Part shown: piece by piece, positions 42,093 to 50,315 of the stretch
How the letters are laid out: each line of letters begins with the position of its first letter
Numbering within the stretch: position 1 is the stretch's first letter
IMG/VR virus record: IMGVR_UViG_3300045988_115849
Length of the DNA stretch: 64,000 nt
Origin: a virus
Direction: 5' to 3' (one strand)
Position numbers and translations under genes: made by a program
Notes under the pieces: generated by a model
What the model was told of the DNA's origin: nothing
Database searches by the model: none
The model's input: the letters and a program-made list of their open reading frames with translations, nothing else

Positions 42093-42320
42093 TTAGTGTT
42101 GAAAAAGAAAAGATATGACATGAAACGGAATAGCGAGGAAAGGTTTTGCTTGGAAATGGCATGGCGTGGATAAGTGACGATATGAGCAGAGATGTGATGA
42201 CAAGGAAAGGTATAGAGCAGTTAGGGAATAGCAATGCGTAGATAAGTGTTATGATGCAATGGATATGAGAAGAATAGAGTTGAGATGGAATTGCATAGAG
42301 TAGAATAGTTCAGAGAAAGG
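42093..42320 (+). repeat. GA-rich, C-poor ORF-free region B, paralogous to region A
   Basis: GGAATAG starts at 42127 and 42225. AGAATAG starts at 42271 and 42302. Shared blocks with region A: GAATAGAGTTGA(C/G)ATG, GGAATTGCATAGAG, GGCGTGGA. Confidence 0.75.
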
Positions 42321-42327
42321 AAATAAT

Positions 42328-42486
42328 ATGTTTTGGTTAGTTTGGTTAGGAATTGGATTGTATGGAATGATTCCTATAGTGATTTTTGTTTTAACACTTA
42401 AGATTTATATTAAAAATGTTGAGACAGAAAAAAGAATTAAAAAGATAATGAATGGAATCTGTATTTTATCTAATAAAAAGTGGTGA
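42328..42486 (+). CDS. Small TM protein (52 aa, below the ORF-track cutoff)
   Basis: ATG at 42328 after SD AGAAAGGAAA. MFWLVWLGIGLYGMIPIVIFVLTLKIYIKNVETEKRIKKIMNGICILSNKKW. Confidence 0.4.
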   Translation: MFWLVWLGIGLYGMIPIVIFVLTLKIYIKNVETEKRIKKIMNGICILSNKKW

Positions 42487-42556
42487 TGCATCACAGTATC
42501 ACAAAAGATTCGATGATGGATGATGGTAAAATATAGGTAGAAAGGACGAATGATAC

Positions 42557-43123
42557 ATGATTATTGGAGTAGACAAAGCGCAAAAAGCAGGAAAACATAA
42601 TCTTAAACACAACATGTTAAAAAATCGCGGCCATAAGCTTGTTGATATTCCATGTCCAGTAGGAGATTACATAGAGATAACACCAGAAATTCAGGAAGTT
42701 ATCGAAAGACGTGGGGACAAGCTAAAAAAAATGGACTTGATCGGCTGCATTGATAAATCTGTTGATACAAAAAAAGATTGTCAAGAATTGTACCAGTGTT
42801 TAGTGAAGTCACATAAGAGATTTTCAGATTCTTGCTTTTTGGCAAGCAATAATGGTATTAAGCTGTATATTCTCGTTGAGAATAAAGACGGTGTTACTAG
42901 TATTGATACGTTTGGAAGATGGAAGAATGAGAGTTGTTGGAAACGTTATTTCGTAAACAAGAGACGTTGCGAGAATAAAGGAGAAAAGCCACCAAAGGAA
43001 CCATGCAAGCCGTCTCAATTAAAGCAGATCATGAACACAATGAATAAAAAATATGGAGTAGAGTTTTTGTTTTGCAGACCAGAAAAGGCAGCAGAAAAAA
43101 TCGAAGAACTACTTTCTGAATAG
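42557..43123 (+). CDS. Putative nuclease (ERCC4 / PD-(D/E)XK-like motifs)
   Basis: 188 aa. ..PCPVGDYIEI.. and ..SVDTKKDCQELYQCL.. loosely resemble the GDY...E/D-x-K core of ERCC4-type nucleases. Unverified. Confidence 0.35.
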   Translation: MIIGVDKAQKAGKHNLKHNMLKNRGHKLVDIPCPVGDYIEITPEIQEVIERRGDKLKKMDLIGCIDKSVDTKKDCQELYQCLVKSHKRFSDSCFLASNNGIKLYILVENKDGVTSIDTFGRWKNESCWKRYFVNKRRCENKGEKPPKEPCKPSQLKQIMNTMNKKYGVEFLFCRPEKAAEKIEELLSE

Positions 43124-43194
43124 CATTTCTACAAATGATACACGGGCACGTCAGCCCACCTAAAATCAAATGAAAATTAAATAGAGGTAATCTT

Positions 43195-43968
43195 ATGTCT
43201 GATAAAAAATATTATTATCTGAGATTGAAAGATTTTTTAGACACAGAAGAATTTAAAATCTTAGAATCTCAGGAAGACGGATATTTGTATTCTAATATTC
43301 TTATGAAAATGTATCTTATCAGCTTAAAGAAGAGTGAAAGATTGGCATTAAATGGCATGATTCCATACGATGTAGACATGATTGCGACTTTAACAGAGCA
43401 TTGTGTTGAAGTTGTAAAAGAAGCACTGAAACATCTTGTGAAGTTAGGGCTGATTGAAATGTTAAGCGCAGGAGCTGTCTATATGATGGATGTTCAAAAC
43501 TATGTGTGTCAATCATCAAATACGGAATACAAATCAAAAGAAGAAAAAGCAGATGTTGAAGAATATAAGCCAAAGAAAGAAACGGCAAGAGAACGAATTG
43601 ATTACGCAAGAATCGTTGATAAATACAATGAAATTTGTAAATCGTATTCAAGGGTTACTAGATTGTCCAAGAGAAGAAAAGACACGATCAGAGCAAGATT
43701 TAACGCCGGTTATACATATGAAGATTTTGAAAAGGCATTTGAAATAGTGGAAGAATCTGATTTTCTTAAAGGAAAAAACAATAGAAATTGGTGTGCAAAC
43801 TTTGATTGGATATGCAACGACACAAATTTAGCGAAAATCTTAGACGGAAATTACGCAAACAGGAAGGATGATAAATATGGAAGGAATGGAGAAGATCATA
43901 GAAAATCTTCATTCGCTGAAAAAGCAATCGAACTTGGGGCAGCCGACACAGATTTCAAAGGATTCTGA
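43195..43968 (+). CDS. Phage replisome organizer (N-terminal organizer domain plus conserved phage C-terminal domain)
   Basis: MSDKKYYYLRLKDFLDTEEFKILESQEDGYLYSNILMKMYL.. and C-terminal ..RRKDTIRARFNAGYTYEDFEKAFEIVEESDFLKGKNNRNWCANFDWI.. match the two known replisome-organizer regions. Confidence 0.8.
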   Translation: MSDKKYYYLRLKDFLDTEEFKILESQEDGYLYSNILMKMYLISLKKSERLALNGMIPYDVDMIATLTEHCVEVVKEALKHLVKLGLIEMLSAGAVYMMDVQNYVCQSSNTEYKSKEEKADVEEYKPKKETARERIDYARIVDKYNEICKSYSRVTRLSKRRKDTIRARFNAGYTYEDFEKAFEIVEESDFLKGKNNRNWCANFDWICNDTNLAKILDGNYANRKDDKYGRNGEDHRKSSFAEKAIELGAADTDFKGF

Positions 43969-44707
43969 TGTATGTCCGCTATGCAATGGTACTGGTTGGA
44001 TTCCTGTTGAAAAAGACGGAGAAACAGTGTTTAGAGAGTGCAAATGCAGGCAAGAACAGATTAATCACAATAGATTGAAATTTGCAAATGTACCTGAACC
44101 ATTTAGAAACTTAAAATTAGCTGATTTTAATATTGCTTATTATAAGGAAGAAAAAAATAAGAAATTGGTCAGGATTGCTTGTAAGATTATCAAAAATTAC
44201 ATTGATAACTTCCAGACGTTTCAAGGAAAGGGAGTTGGATTGTACATCTATTCAAAAACAAAAGGTTCTGGAAAAACAAGAATGGCTGCAAGTATGGCAA
44301 ATCAGTTTTTGGCTGATGGCCACAGAGTAAAATTTGCAACTTCAAGTGAAATCATAGAACAGATCAAAAAAACATGGGACCAAGACAGCAAAATAAGTGA
44401 AAGAGATTTGTTGGCTGATCTGAAAGATGTAGAAATTCTAATCATAGATGATTTCGGAGCAGAAAAAAACAGCACTTGGATTAATGATAAATTTTACCAG
44501 ATCGTTAATTACAGATACATAAACAAACTGGTAACGATTTATACAAGCAATTATACAGAGAATGAAGTTCAGTACAATGAACGAATTTCAAGTCGAATAA
44601 AAGAATGTTCGTATAGTGTGCAGTTTCCTGAGGAAAGCGTCAGGGACCATATATACGAACAGAGAAACAATGAGATGATCAAAAAAATATTGGAAGGTGA
44701 GGTGTAA
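43877..44707 (+). CDS. DnaC/IstB-like helicase loader ATPase
   Basis: ATG at 43877 after SD AGGAAGG. N-terminal CPLCNGTGW..CKC zinc motif, Walker A KTKGSGKTRMA, Walker B ILIIDDFG. Confidence 0.85.
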   Translation: MEGMEKIIENLHSLKKQSNLGQPTQISKDSDVCPLCNGTGWIPVEKDGETVFRECKCRQEQINHNRLKFANVPEPFRNLKLADFNIAYYKEEKNKKLVRIACKIIKNYIDNFQTFQGKGVGLYIYSKTKGSGKTRMAASMANQFLADGHRVKFATSSEIIEQIKKTWDQDSKISERDLLADLKDVEILIIDDFGAEKNSTWINDKFYQIVNYRYINKLVTIYTSNYTENEVQYNERISSRIKECSYSVQFPEESVRDHIYEQRNNEMIKKILEGEV

Positions 44708-44709
44708 AA

Positions 44710-45144
44710 GTGGGGAAAAGGTTTACAAACGAGCAACGCCAAGAAGCTGTGAACAAATTTTCTAGCGGAGAATTAACTTTAAAAGAGACTGCTAAAAAAT
44801 ACGGCGTAACAGAAACGACAATCCTTAACTGGAAAAAGAAACTTCCGGTAAGAAACAGGATTTCAAGGTTTGATGTTTCTGACAAGGTTGAAATCATCAC
44901 ATACAGAATGTCAGGCCATACGCTTGCAGAAACATCAGCGAAATACAATGTATCAGAATGTAGCATCAGGTTATTTGAAAAAGAATACGGTGTATCCGAG
45001 TCAGCTAAAGATGCAAGGAAAAATATGAGAGCAAAAAAGGAATTAGCTGATATGTCAGCAAGGAAAGCTAGGAAGAAACAAAAAAGAACAGTATGGATCA
45101 GATGTACAGCTTCTTCCGGATACTGGAAAACAAAATACATTTAA
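44710..45144 (+). CDS. Double-HTH DNA-binding protein (IS3 OrfA-like HTH repeats)
   Basis: GTG start after SD GAGGTG. Two repeats: ..LTLKETAKKYGVTETTILNWKKK.. and ..HTLAETSAKYNVSECSIRLFEKEY.. Confidence 0.55.
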   Translation: MGKRFTNEQRQEAVNKFSSGELTLKETAKKYGVTETTILNWKKKLPVRNRISRFDVSDKVEIITYRMSGHTLAETSAKYNVSECSIRLFEKEYGVSESAKDARKNMRAKKELADMSARKARKKQKRTVWIRCTASSGYWKTKYI

Positions 45145-45155
45145 AAAAGAATCGT

Positions 45156-45275
45156 CAGACAGTTTGCAGCTGCACCTATAAAAATAAATATAAGAAACCT
45201 AAAAATCAAAGATTGTTGTTAAGTAAATAAATAAAAGCCGTAGTTCATAAATGGGTGCAGCTTCAAGCTGTTTGG
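45156..45275 (+). repeat. 21-bp imperfect inverted repeat enclosing a 77-nt AT-rich loop
   Basis: CAGACAGTTTGCAGCTGCACC (45156-45176) pairs with GGTGCAGCTTCAAGCTGTTTG (45254-45274). Two G-U wobbles and one C-U mismatch when read as + strand RNA. Confidence 0.6.
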
Positions 45276-45307
45276 CGTAGAAATAATTTTAAGAAGGAGA
45301 TAATAAA

Positions 45308-45931
45308 ATGGCAAAATTTAATATTGAAGTAGAACTTGATTGGATGGAAGAGGATTCCTATTCAATTGACGAGGAATTAAAAGAGAGAATTGTTGAAGGC
45401 TTGGAAGATGCACTTCTTCAGAAAGCAACGCATGAAGCATTGAAAATGGTTGATGCAAAGATTGCAGAGAAAGTTAAAGAATCAGAAGAGACAATCAATA
45501 AAGCAATCAATAAATTTATCGAAAATGTATGCTCTGAAAAGATTAATAATATTCAGATTCCTGAAAAATCAAGTGATTGGAGTGATAAAATCACATATTA
45601 TTCATTATCCGAATATGTAGGAATGCAATTTGAAAGTTTCATTACACAGAAAAGATATGATAAAGATGGAAATTATCAAGACTGGGGAAGTAATCGGTAT
45701 TCAGCAGCAGATCTACTTACAACAAAATATCTAAAAAGAGAGCTTGACGATAAGATCGGTAACATGATTCAGAGAGCAAAACACGAAGTAGAAGTTGATA
45801 TTGTTAAATCATTAGAACAGAAACTAAAAGAGAATCTTGCAAAAGACACTATTGAAAAGATGAATATTCCAGAGGTTTTGAAAAAGTTACAGTCAGATAA
45901 TCTAGGAACGATTGAAGAAAAGGAGCGATAG
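45308..45931 (+). CDS. Acidic coiled-coil hypothetical protein
   Basis: 207 aa, SD AGAAGGAG. Confidence 0.55.
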   Translation: MAKFNIEVELDWMEEDSYSIDEELKERIVEGLEDALLQKATHEALKMVDAKIAEKVKESEETINKAINKFIENVCSEKINNIQIPEKSSDWSDKITYYSLSEYVGMQFESFITQKRYDKDGNYQDWGSNRYSAADLLTTKYLKRELDDKIGNMIQRAKHEVEVDIVKSLEQKLKENLAKDTIEKMNIPEVLKKLQSDNLGTIEEKER

Positions 45932-46180
45932 ATGGGTGCTATTTTGACGTACGAAGAAGTTGAGAAGCTTGAATTAGCTAAAGGATATTCTTGGAGAATA
46001 GAAGGTGTGTGTCCTGATCTAGTCGTTGTTAAAAATGACAATGGAAATCTTATTTTTTTTGATATAGACAAAAATGAAATTCGAAGCGAACTTATAAAAG
46101 CAAGAATGAGTTTTGACCAGTCGGTGGCTATAGCTCACATTATTGTCAGAAAAAATCAATCAAAGATCGAGAATAAATAA
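45932..46180 (+). CDS. Hypothetical protein
   Basis: 82 aa, SD AAAGGAG, start abuts the upstream stop. Confidence 0.5.
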   Translation: MGAILTYEEVEKLELAKGYSWRIEGVCPDLVVVKNDNGNLIFFDIDKNEIRSELIKARMSFDQSVAIAHIIVRKNQSKIENK

Positions 46181-46189
46181 TTAAAAATA

Positions 46190-46294
46190 CTTTTCTGGTT
46201 TGATTCTCTACCCAAAGCAACAATTAATCCATATGTTTTTGAATTTGCATACTATTTTTCATTCACATTTGGGTAGGGAGTCAAGCCAGAAAAG
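46190..46294 (+). repeat. 27-bp fully paired hairpin (three U-G wobbles, + strand only) with a 51-nt loop
   Basis: CTTTTCTGGTTTGATTCTCTACCCAAA (46190-46216) pairs with TTTGGGTAGGGAGTCAAGCCAGAAAAG (46268-46294). All three non-Watson-Crick positions are T-G on the + strand, which would be A-C mismatches on the - strand. Confidence 0.7.
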
Positions 46295-46439
46295 GCTTGT
46301 TGCATCGGGATTATATACCACGACAAAGTAGCAGTAAACATATTTTTTTAATCATGCATCCTGAGCAACGCATAAGAAACAAATTAATTTCCGATTATTT
46401 AACGCCCGGCTTTATGTCGGGCAGAAAGGAGACTATTAA

Positions 46440-46667
46440 ATGAAATTTAAATTTAAGAAAGAATTAGATTATGTCGTTGGGCATTTAAGATATGGACATA
46501 TTGAAGGAATTGTTGAAGCAGACAACTTAGAAGAAGCAAAAAAGAAGTTAGAGGAATACGAGAAAGAAGATTTACTTTGTGATTTTGGAAAAGTAGTTAT
46601 TGATGATTATAGCTGTGAAGGCTTTGAAAAGAGCAGCACACCAGCAAGAATTATAGAGGATGAATAA
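46440..46667 (+). CDS. Hypothetical protein
   Basis: 75 aa, SD GAAAGGAG. Confidence 0.5.
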   Translation: MKFKFKKELDYVVGHLRYGHIEGIVEADNLEEAKKKLEEYEKEDLLCDFGKVVIDDYSCEGFEKSSTPARIIEDE

Positions 46668-46683
46668 AAGGATGTGATTTTTC

Positions 46684-47268
46684 ATGGATTTAGAGAAAAT
46701 GAAGCAGAAATTCAAAGATCATAAAGCTACATTTACTGATTACGGAAACATAAAAATATTAGACTTCAAGAAACCAAACAGTACAGAGTATAGAATCCGC
46801 TTTCTTTTTGAAGAAGACTATTGCAGATTACACATTTCAGGCGATTTAGGTCAGTTGGTTGCAACTAATTATCGCAATATGTGTTGGAATGGATTTAATG
46901 ATTTTGTAGAAGATGTTGGATATTTTGAGGAAAAGATAGATTGTCATGACAGACATATTTACTTATATGATGAAGAACAAACTCGAAAAGACGTTGCACA
47001 GTATGTAGAAGAAAATGACCTTTATTTTGAAATTGATGACCAATATCCATTTAAATCAAAAGAAGAAATAATGGAAGAGTTTTTATCAGATGTACTATAT
47101 GATTTTTCAGAAGAAACAGGGATTGGAAACGAAGGTCAAGAAAAGTTATTGGAATTAGATACAGATATTTATTTGGAGACTTCAAATCTTGGAATTAAAC
47201 CAACAGGAATACTTGATCTATACATGTTGGCTTTCAAGTTAGCAAAAGAACAGTTGGATAGCAAATAA
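46684..47268 (+). CDS. Hypothetical protein
   Basis: 194 aa acidic protein. Weak SD. Co-directional packing. Confidence 0.5.
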   Translation: MDLEKMKQKFKDHKATFTDYGNIKILDFKKPNSTEYRIRFLFEEDYCRLHISGDLGQLVATNYRNMCWNGFNDFVEDVGYFEEKIDCHDRHIYLYDEEQTRKDVAQYVEENDLYFEIDDQYPFKSKEEIMEEFLSDVLYDFSEETGIGNEGQEKLLELDTDIYLETSNLGIKPTGILDLYMLAFKLAKEQLDSK

Positions 47269-47287
47269 AAATGTAGGAGGAAGAGAA

Positions 47288-47530
47288 ATGGAGATACAGT
47301 ATATATCAGAAGTTCACGGAGAAGCAACGATTACATTAACAGAAAAAGAATTATTCATGATTGCAGCGGCATTAGAAAGCAAAGAAAAAATATATGGAGG
47401 AAAGGAAATGTATCATAAACTTTGCGCACAATTAATTACCGCTAAGTCCATATGCAAATATGGTCGTATAGATGCTTCTTATTTTCAAGAGATTACAGAA
47501 CATATGGAATCGTCAAAACAAAATTGTTAA
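47288..47530 (+). CDS. Hypothetical protein
   Basis: 80 aa, SD TAGGAGGAAG. Confidence 0.5.
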   Translation: MEIQYISEVHGEATITLTEKELFMIAAALESKEKIYGGKEMYHKLCAQLITAKSICKYGRIDASYFQEITEHMESSKQNC

Positions 47531-47545
47531 TGGGGGTATTCACTA

Positions 47546-47938
47546 ATGAAAATTTATAACATAATCACAGAACAAGTCGTAAATTCAGAAAAAATAGAAG
47601 AACTAGATGATCGTTTTGAACTAACAGATGTTAGATCGTACGAAAAAACAATCAAATGTTATTTTAAGCCGACTTGGAGAGAAGCTGATAGCAAAGAAAA
47701 GCTTTTGAAAAATATCGCAGAGTGTCTCAACAACATTACAGTAAACAATGTTTTGAGGATTGTTGAAATTGCGCGTCCAGGCGACATTCTGTTTGGAGTT
47801 AAATTAGAACATTTTGAAAACAGAAGGGTTTTAAGATACAGCAAGTTAACTAATAAAATATTAATTGATGGATGGTACATAAAAGATAATGACCTTGAAG
47901 CAGCATTAAAAAGATATTTGGCATATAAGGAGAACTAA
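47546..47938 (+). CDS. Hypothetical protein
   Basis: 130 aa, SD GGGGGT. Confidence 0.5.
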   Translation: MKIYNIITEQVVNSEKIEELDDRFELTDVRSYEKTIKCYFKPTWREADSKEKLLKNIAECLNNITVNNVLRIVEIARPGDILFGVKLEHFENRRVLRYSKLTNKILIDGWYIKDNDLEAALKRYLAYKEN

Positions 47939-47940
47939 CT

Positions 47941-48219
47941 ATGAAAAAGAAATTATTAGCGATCACATTAAGCACATTGGTTTTAACAGGAATGACAGGT
48001 TGTGCATCCTTTAGTCGTGGATGGGTAGACCTTAAATCTGACATGAACAACGGATTAGAAAGAACCATTGTAGTATATACAGCAGACGGGCAGAAGATTG
48101 CAAGCTACAAGGGAAAGATTGACATTCAAGATAGTGATGGATTCATCAAGTTTGACTATAAAGGTAAGAGATACATCTACTACAACTGTTTTGTAGAGAG
48201 TATCGCAGATATTGATTAG
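47941..48219 (+). CDS. Small lipoprotein
   Basis: 92 aa, SD AAGGAG. Signal peptide with lipobox (MKKKLLAITLSTLVLTGMTGC). Confidence 0.65.
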   Translation: MKKKLLAITLSTLVLTGMTGCASFSRGWVDLKSDMNNGLERTIVVYTADGQKIASYKGKIDIQDSDGFIKFDYKGKRYIYYNCFVESIADID

Positions 48220-48236
48220 AAGTACAGGAAAAGGAA

Positions 48237-48755
48237 GTGGAGAAAATGGGAATTAAAAATCTAACAGAAGCAGAAGAAAAAGAGTTTTACAGGCTTGTTG
48301 GGAAGATAAATGGAGAAGAACCAGACAAGAAACAGGATGCAAAGGTAAAGAAACCAGAGTATGGGGATACGGTTTATTACATTAATTATATTGGAAGAAT
48401 CAGAAAAAGGACATGGATTAATGATGAAGACGATCTTGATATGTGGGAATTAGGAAACATCTTTTTCACAAAAAAAGAAGCGGAATTTGCCAGAGAGAAA
48501 AGAAAAGTAGAAGTTGAGCTTGAACGGTATGCAAAGGAGCATAATGGTCCGATACGCAGTGATAGTTTTTACCTTTTATATAACAATGAAGATGGTGGAA
48601 AACTTGATTATGATGTGTGGAGCGTTTGTAAACCACAGGGAGGGGTGCAGTTTGCATCAAAACAACTTGTATTTGATGCAATTGAAGCAGTAGGAAAAGA
48701 AAGAATCTTGAAATATTTGTTCGATGTAGATTGCGAGGAGGAAACAAATGATTAA
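48237..48755 (+). CDS. Hypothetical protein
   Basis: 172 aa. Start ambiguous (GTG 48237 or ATG 48246). Confidence 0.5.
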   Translation: MEKMGIKNLTEAEEKEFYRLVGKINGEEPDKKQDAKVKKPEYGDTVYYINYIGRIRKRTWINDEDDLDMWELGNIFFTKKEAEFAREKRKVEVELERYAKEHNGPIRSDSFYLLYNNEDGGKLDYDVWSVCKPQGGVQFASKQLVFDAIEAVGKERILKYLFDVDCEEETND

Positions 48756-49002
48756 CAGTAATATCTTAAAAACTTGGAACGAAGAAAGAATTAAATATCA
48801 GATACGATATGCAAAAAGTTGTGCTAAATATCACAAATACCCTGAGAATTTAGATAACAAAGGACATATGCATGAACAGAGTTGGGTGTTGATTAATGTT
48901 TTTGGGCTATCAGCAAAACAAGTCGAAGAAGTAGAACGAGAGGATGGTTTTACAACAGAGGATATCCTTAGCCCTGAATTTGAAAGGTGGTGTCGCTTAT
49001 GA
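48748..49002 (+). CDS. Hypothetical protein
   Basis: 84 aa, SD GAGGAGG. Overlaps the upstream stop. Confidence 0.5.
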   Translation: MINSNILKTWNEERIKYQIRYAKSCAKYHKYPENLDNKGHMHEQSWVLINVFGLSAKQVEEVEREDGFTTEDILSPEFERWCRL

Positions 49003-49445
49003 ATTTAGAAGAAGCTATCATATTTGCAAATAATATGACAAAAACAAAGTATCATCATGGAATGGTTCAAATGGGAAACCTTAATGACGATGAAGCAAAT
49101 TTCTATTTTGAAGAAGCAAAAAGTTATAAACAGCTTGCGAAGTGGTTGGAAGAACTGAAAGAGTTGAGGAAATACAAAGAAAAATACCGATGGCATGATC
49201 TAAGAAAGAATCCTGACGATCTGCCAGACGTAGAACATCGAAGAAAGGCATATTTCCATGTAGTACAAGCAGGCAAAGAAGCAAGACCAGCAATATTACA
49301 GTATAAAAAGGAGTTTGGATTTGGAATTTACAACGAATTTGGCAATGGTCCAAAATTTACAGGTATAGATACAGACCTTGTAGCACCAGTCGTAGCATGG
49401 AAAGAAATTGAAGAATTTGAAAGCGAGGAAGAAAATGAAGATTAA
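48999..49445 (+). CDS. Hypothetical protein
   Basis: ATG at 48999 after SD AAAGGTGG. 148 aa. Confidence 0.5.
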   Translation: MNLEEAIIFANNMTKTKYHHGMVQMGNLNDDEANFYFEEAKSYKQLAKWLEELKELRKYKEKYRWHDLRKNPDDLPDVEHRRKAYFHVVQAGKEARPAILQYKKEFGFGIYNEFGNGPKFTGIDTDLVAPVVAWKEIEEFESEEENED

Positions 49446-49662
49446 TGCAAAACAACCAAGTATTAAAACATACACATTAAGTCACTTCAAAATTGGAGAG
49501 GTGTGTATGGGTGTGAGAGATGAACATTATTATCTTGTAGTTAAATCAGAAAAAGAAAAGAAACAGCTTGTTGATTTGACAGAAAACGAGATTATAAGAG
49601 ATGCAGGATACATGAGATTTATACCGGCGACAGCAGAACTTAATATCAAGGATGTGGGGTAA
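49435..49662 (+). CDS. Hypothetical protein
   Basis: ATG at 49435 after SD GAGGAAG. 75 aa. Confidence 0.45.
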   Translation: MKINAKQPSIKTYTLSHFKIGEVCMGVRDEHYYLVVKSEKEKKQLVDLTENEIIRDAGYMRFIPATAELNIKDVG

Positions 49663-49669
49663 AAGAAAA

Positions 49670-49846
49670 ATGCCAGTAGCAAGATGTAAATGTTGCAATA
49701 GCTTGTTATTCAATGAAGATGTTGGAAGAGAGTATATACAAATAAATTCCGACATGAAAATACAAAGCAAATTCATTTGTCTTAAATGTGAAATGGAGTT
49801 AAGAAAAGAAGATTTCTTTGAGCCATACAGAAGCATGATGAAGTAA
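49670..49846 (+). CDS. Small zinc-ribbon-like protein
   Basis: 58 aa. CKCCNS ... CLKCE cysteine pairs. Confidence 0.45.
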   Translation: MPVARCKCCNSLLFNEDVGREYIQINSDMKIQSKFICLKCEMELRKEDFFEPYRSMMK

Positions 49847-49858
49847 AGGAGAAAAGCA

Positions 49859-50080
49859 ATGAAAATAGTTGATATCAACACATTAAAAGGTTCAGACAGG
49901 CACGGCAGTTGTGTAGAGTGTGAAAAAGATTTTACAGAAGATAAAGGAATGAAAAGAATCGTTTTCGGCACAGATCAGAAGCGTACAATCTTCTTGTGTG
50001 ACAAATGCTACCACGATTTTTTGCAAGAAATGATCAGGAGAGAATTAAAGGGAATGAGGGTTGAGATATGCAGAAAATAA
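49859..50080 (+). CDS. Small zinc-ribbon-like protein (paralogue of 51740..51967)
   Basis: 73 aa, SD AAAGGAG. ..KGSDRHGSCVECEKDFTEDKGMKRIVF..CDKCYHDFLQEM. Confidence 0.55.
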   Translation: MKIVDINTLKGSDRHGSCVECEKDFTEDKGMKRIVFGTDQKRTIFLCDKCYHDFLQEMIRRELKGMRVEICRK

Positions 50081-50286
50081 CAAAATGCCCATACTGTGGA
50101 AGTGATCTTGGAATGTTTGCAAAGTTTAAAGCAAATGGAACTGACATATATAGCTTTGATGGAAAAATGGAAAGCAGTGAAGTCATGGATTACTTTAGTT
50201 ATAACAAAACAATGAGATGTATGGACTGCAGCAAACGTATTATGAGCTACGAAGAATTTAAACGTGATTATTATGTTGAAGATTAG
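50068..50286 (+). CDS. Small zinc-ribbon-like protein
   Basis: 72 aa. CPYCGS ... CMDCSKRI. Confidence 0.5.
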   Translation: MQKITKCPYCGSDLGMFAKFKANGTDIYSFDGKMESSEVMDYFSYNKTMRCMDCSKRIMSYEEFKRDYYVED

Positions 50287-50315
50287 AAACATGATGAAGT
50301 AAAGGAGAAAAAACA

